From a virus (lineage: Duplodnaviria > Caudoviricetes): DNA of 25,806 bases. Positions 24,415-25,806 of the stretch are shown piece by piece. The notes under the pieces were generated by a model that was not told where the DNA came from, did no database searches, and saw only the letters and a program-made list of their open reading frames with translations. The stretch spans positions 1-25,806 of the IMG/VR virus record IMGVR_UViG_3300009508_000053. One strand, written 5' to 3'. The position numbers and the translations under genes were made by a program. Positions within the stretch are counted from its first letter, which is position 1, and every line of letters starts with the position of its first letter.

Positions 24415-25804
24415 ACCCCAATGATACTAAGTCATCTTCTTTAGATACCTGTATGTCACTCATGTCCATCTCCTGTAGCCTACCAGTATCATCGTCGAAC
24501 TTCAAGTGTGTAGCTATACCAACATCGCCAGTGTATCTAGACTTCAGTACACGGACACGGGTAGTAGAAGCTTCAATGGGATCATCAGACTGCTGGTTTC
24601 TCTCTAGTGAAATAACACAGTCGGATAACTGGGCGATGCTTTGAGATCCTCGCAAGTGATTCAACCCTGTCTCGATGCCATTCTCATGTCCTTTGTTACC
24701 ATCTATTCGACGAAGGTGCGACACAAGAATAATACCAGCCCCTGTTTCTTCTACAAGGGTTCTTAAGCGGTGCATGATAGCGTCAATAGTACGCCTCTCG
24801 TCACCTTCAGCTGATGTAGACACAAGCATATGCAGGTGATCAATCACTACCCACTTACAGTCGCAACCTATAATCATAAACCGTAGCTTACTAAAGATAG
24901 CTTCGATGTCATTGGCTCCGAAGTGTGCATGAATCCAAACACGGTTGAAGTTATCCTTGTCATACATTATATCAAAGAAATTATCTAGCTCATCCTCAGT
25001 AAATGAATCTCTTATTCTATCGATATGTAGTTTGGCATTAGCCTCAATAGATAGGATACCATCAACTGTTCTGTTGAAGGTTTCTTCTAAGGCGATGACA
25101 CCTACATTATGGTCAGTAGTTTTAATAAGCCAATGCTCTAGCTCACGTGTAACACTGGATTTACCTAGCCCTGTACCACCTGTTAAGGTAATGAGTTCAC
25201 CTTGTCTTATACCTTCCAGCTTCTCGTTCAAACCTTTCCACGGGAATGGATAAGATACCTTCTTCTCTCTGTTCTTATACTTCTCTCTGTTCTCTGAGAC
25301 ACTTAGAACTCCTGAAGGTGTGTATGTCTTTGCATCCCACCAACATTGTACAAAACGCTTATGCCCGTTAGCTTTTAATAGATCATTGGCATCCTTGAAA
25401 CCTTCAGGGAATGTCAATATCTTTGCCTTACCCGGCTTCAATAGCCTAGCTACGTGCCTCGCTGCTTCCTTACCTACAGTGTCCATATCAAAGGCAATGA
25501 CCACCTGATCAAAGCTTTCTAAGAACTCTAGGTTATCCCTTACATCCCGCTCTGCACCACCAGCACCGTTCTTCACTGACACTACAGGCCACTGTGATCC
25601 GAGCAACTCATAAGCTGCCATAGCATCACACTCTCCTTCGACTAAGGTTACAAACTTACCGCCTTGTCTGAAGAGATGCTCTCCGAATAGCTTAGCCTGT
25701 GTTGATATACCCTGCCATCTAAAGTCCTTGTTACCTACGAACCTAGTCTTGTAGGCAATGACATCATTCTCACCGTAGTAGGGATAGATATGTTTAAAGA
25801 CATC
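24407..25804 (-). CDS. T7 gp4-like primase-helicase (TOPRIM plus SF4 helicase), 5' end outside the window
   Basis: The frame stays open upstream of 25621 to the window edge (…HIYPYY…LFGEHLF…VEGECDAM). TOPRIM AFDMD and KDAND, Walker A GGTGLGKS, Walker B VVIDHL, LRGSQSIAQLSD and KSRYTG. Confidence 0.95.
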   Translation of the reverse strand, partial: DVFKHIYPYYGENDVIAYKTRFVGNKDFRWQGISTQAKLFGEHLFRQGGKFVTLVEGECDAMAAYELLGSQWPVVSVKNGAGGAERDVRDNLEFLESFDQVVIAFDMDTVGKEAARHVARLLKPGKAKILTFPEGFKDANDLLKANGHKRFVQCWWDAKTYTPSGVLSVSENREKYKNREKKVSYPFPWKGLNEKLEGIRQGELITLTGGTGLGKSSVTRELEHWLIKTTDHNVGVIALEETFNRTVDGILSIEANAKLHIDRIRDSFTEDELDNFFDIMYDKDNFNRVWIHAHFGANDIEAIFSKLRFMIIGCDCKWVVIDHLHMLVSTSAEGDERRTIDAIMHRLRTLVEETGAGIILVSHLRRIDGNKGHENGIETGLNHLRGSQSIAQLSDCVISLERNQQSDDPIEASTTRVRVLKSRYTGDVGIATHLKFDDDTGRLQEMDMSDIQVSKEDDLVSLGFE

Positions 25805-25806
25805 TC

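Noticed and set aside
17027-25508. Plus-strand ORFs (19291, 20887, 21819, 22075, 24399, 24945, 25320) and nested minus-strand ORFs (17027, 22950)
   Set aside because: They lie inside or opposite well-supported genes and have no coding hallmarks.
17410-25804. Inteins or group I introns in RNR, PolA or helicase
   Set aside because: The ORFs are uninterrupted and of ordinary length, with no intein splice-junction motifs seen.
1-25806. tRNA genes, T7-type phage promoters and alternative genetic code
   Set aside because: Intergenic gaps are too short for tRNAs, no repeated ~23-bp promoter was noticed, and genes read fully in the standard code using all three stop codons.

Overview
This window is part of a lytic dsDNA tailed phage genome, most likely a marine podovirus, organised as two convergent arms that meet at about 16950-16990. 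The + arm (1-16949) is the late/structural arm: a tail-fibre cassette with a C-terminal S74 chaperone domain, small holin-like genes, four or five large internal-virion/ejection-type proteins (1252, 366, 175, 811 and 1813 aa) and a lysis module (peptidase M15 endolysin, 3TM holin). The - arm (25806-16990) is a T7-like replication and nucleotide-metabolism arm: primase-helicase (5' truncated by the window), family A DNA polymerase, T5orf172/GIY-YIG protein, PD-(D/E)XK exonuclease, endonuclease I-like resolvase, DUF3310, MazG-like pyrophosphatase and a class II (B12-dependent) ribonucleotide reductase. This layout resembles Zobellviridae/cobavirus-like phages (inference). The most striking feature is the 1813-aa putative ejection protein. 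Its C-terminal third carries a class I SAM-dependent methyltransferase lacking an NPPY-type motif and an HExxH zincin metallopeptidase, bracketed by repeated R-x4-5-GG-x-V motifs, so it is a candidate virion-delivered polyvalent effector. A single base at 21271 also appears to have destroyed both a stop codon and an overlapping start codon. All product calls come from motif recognition by eye; no database searches were run.
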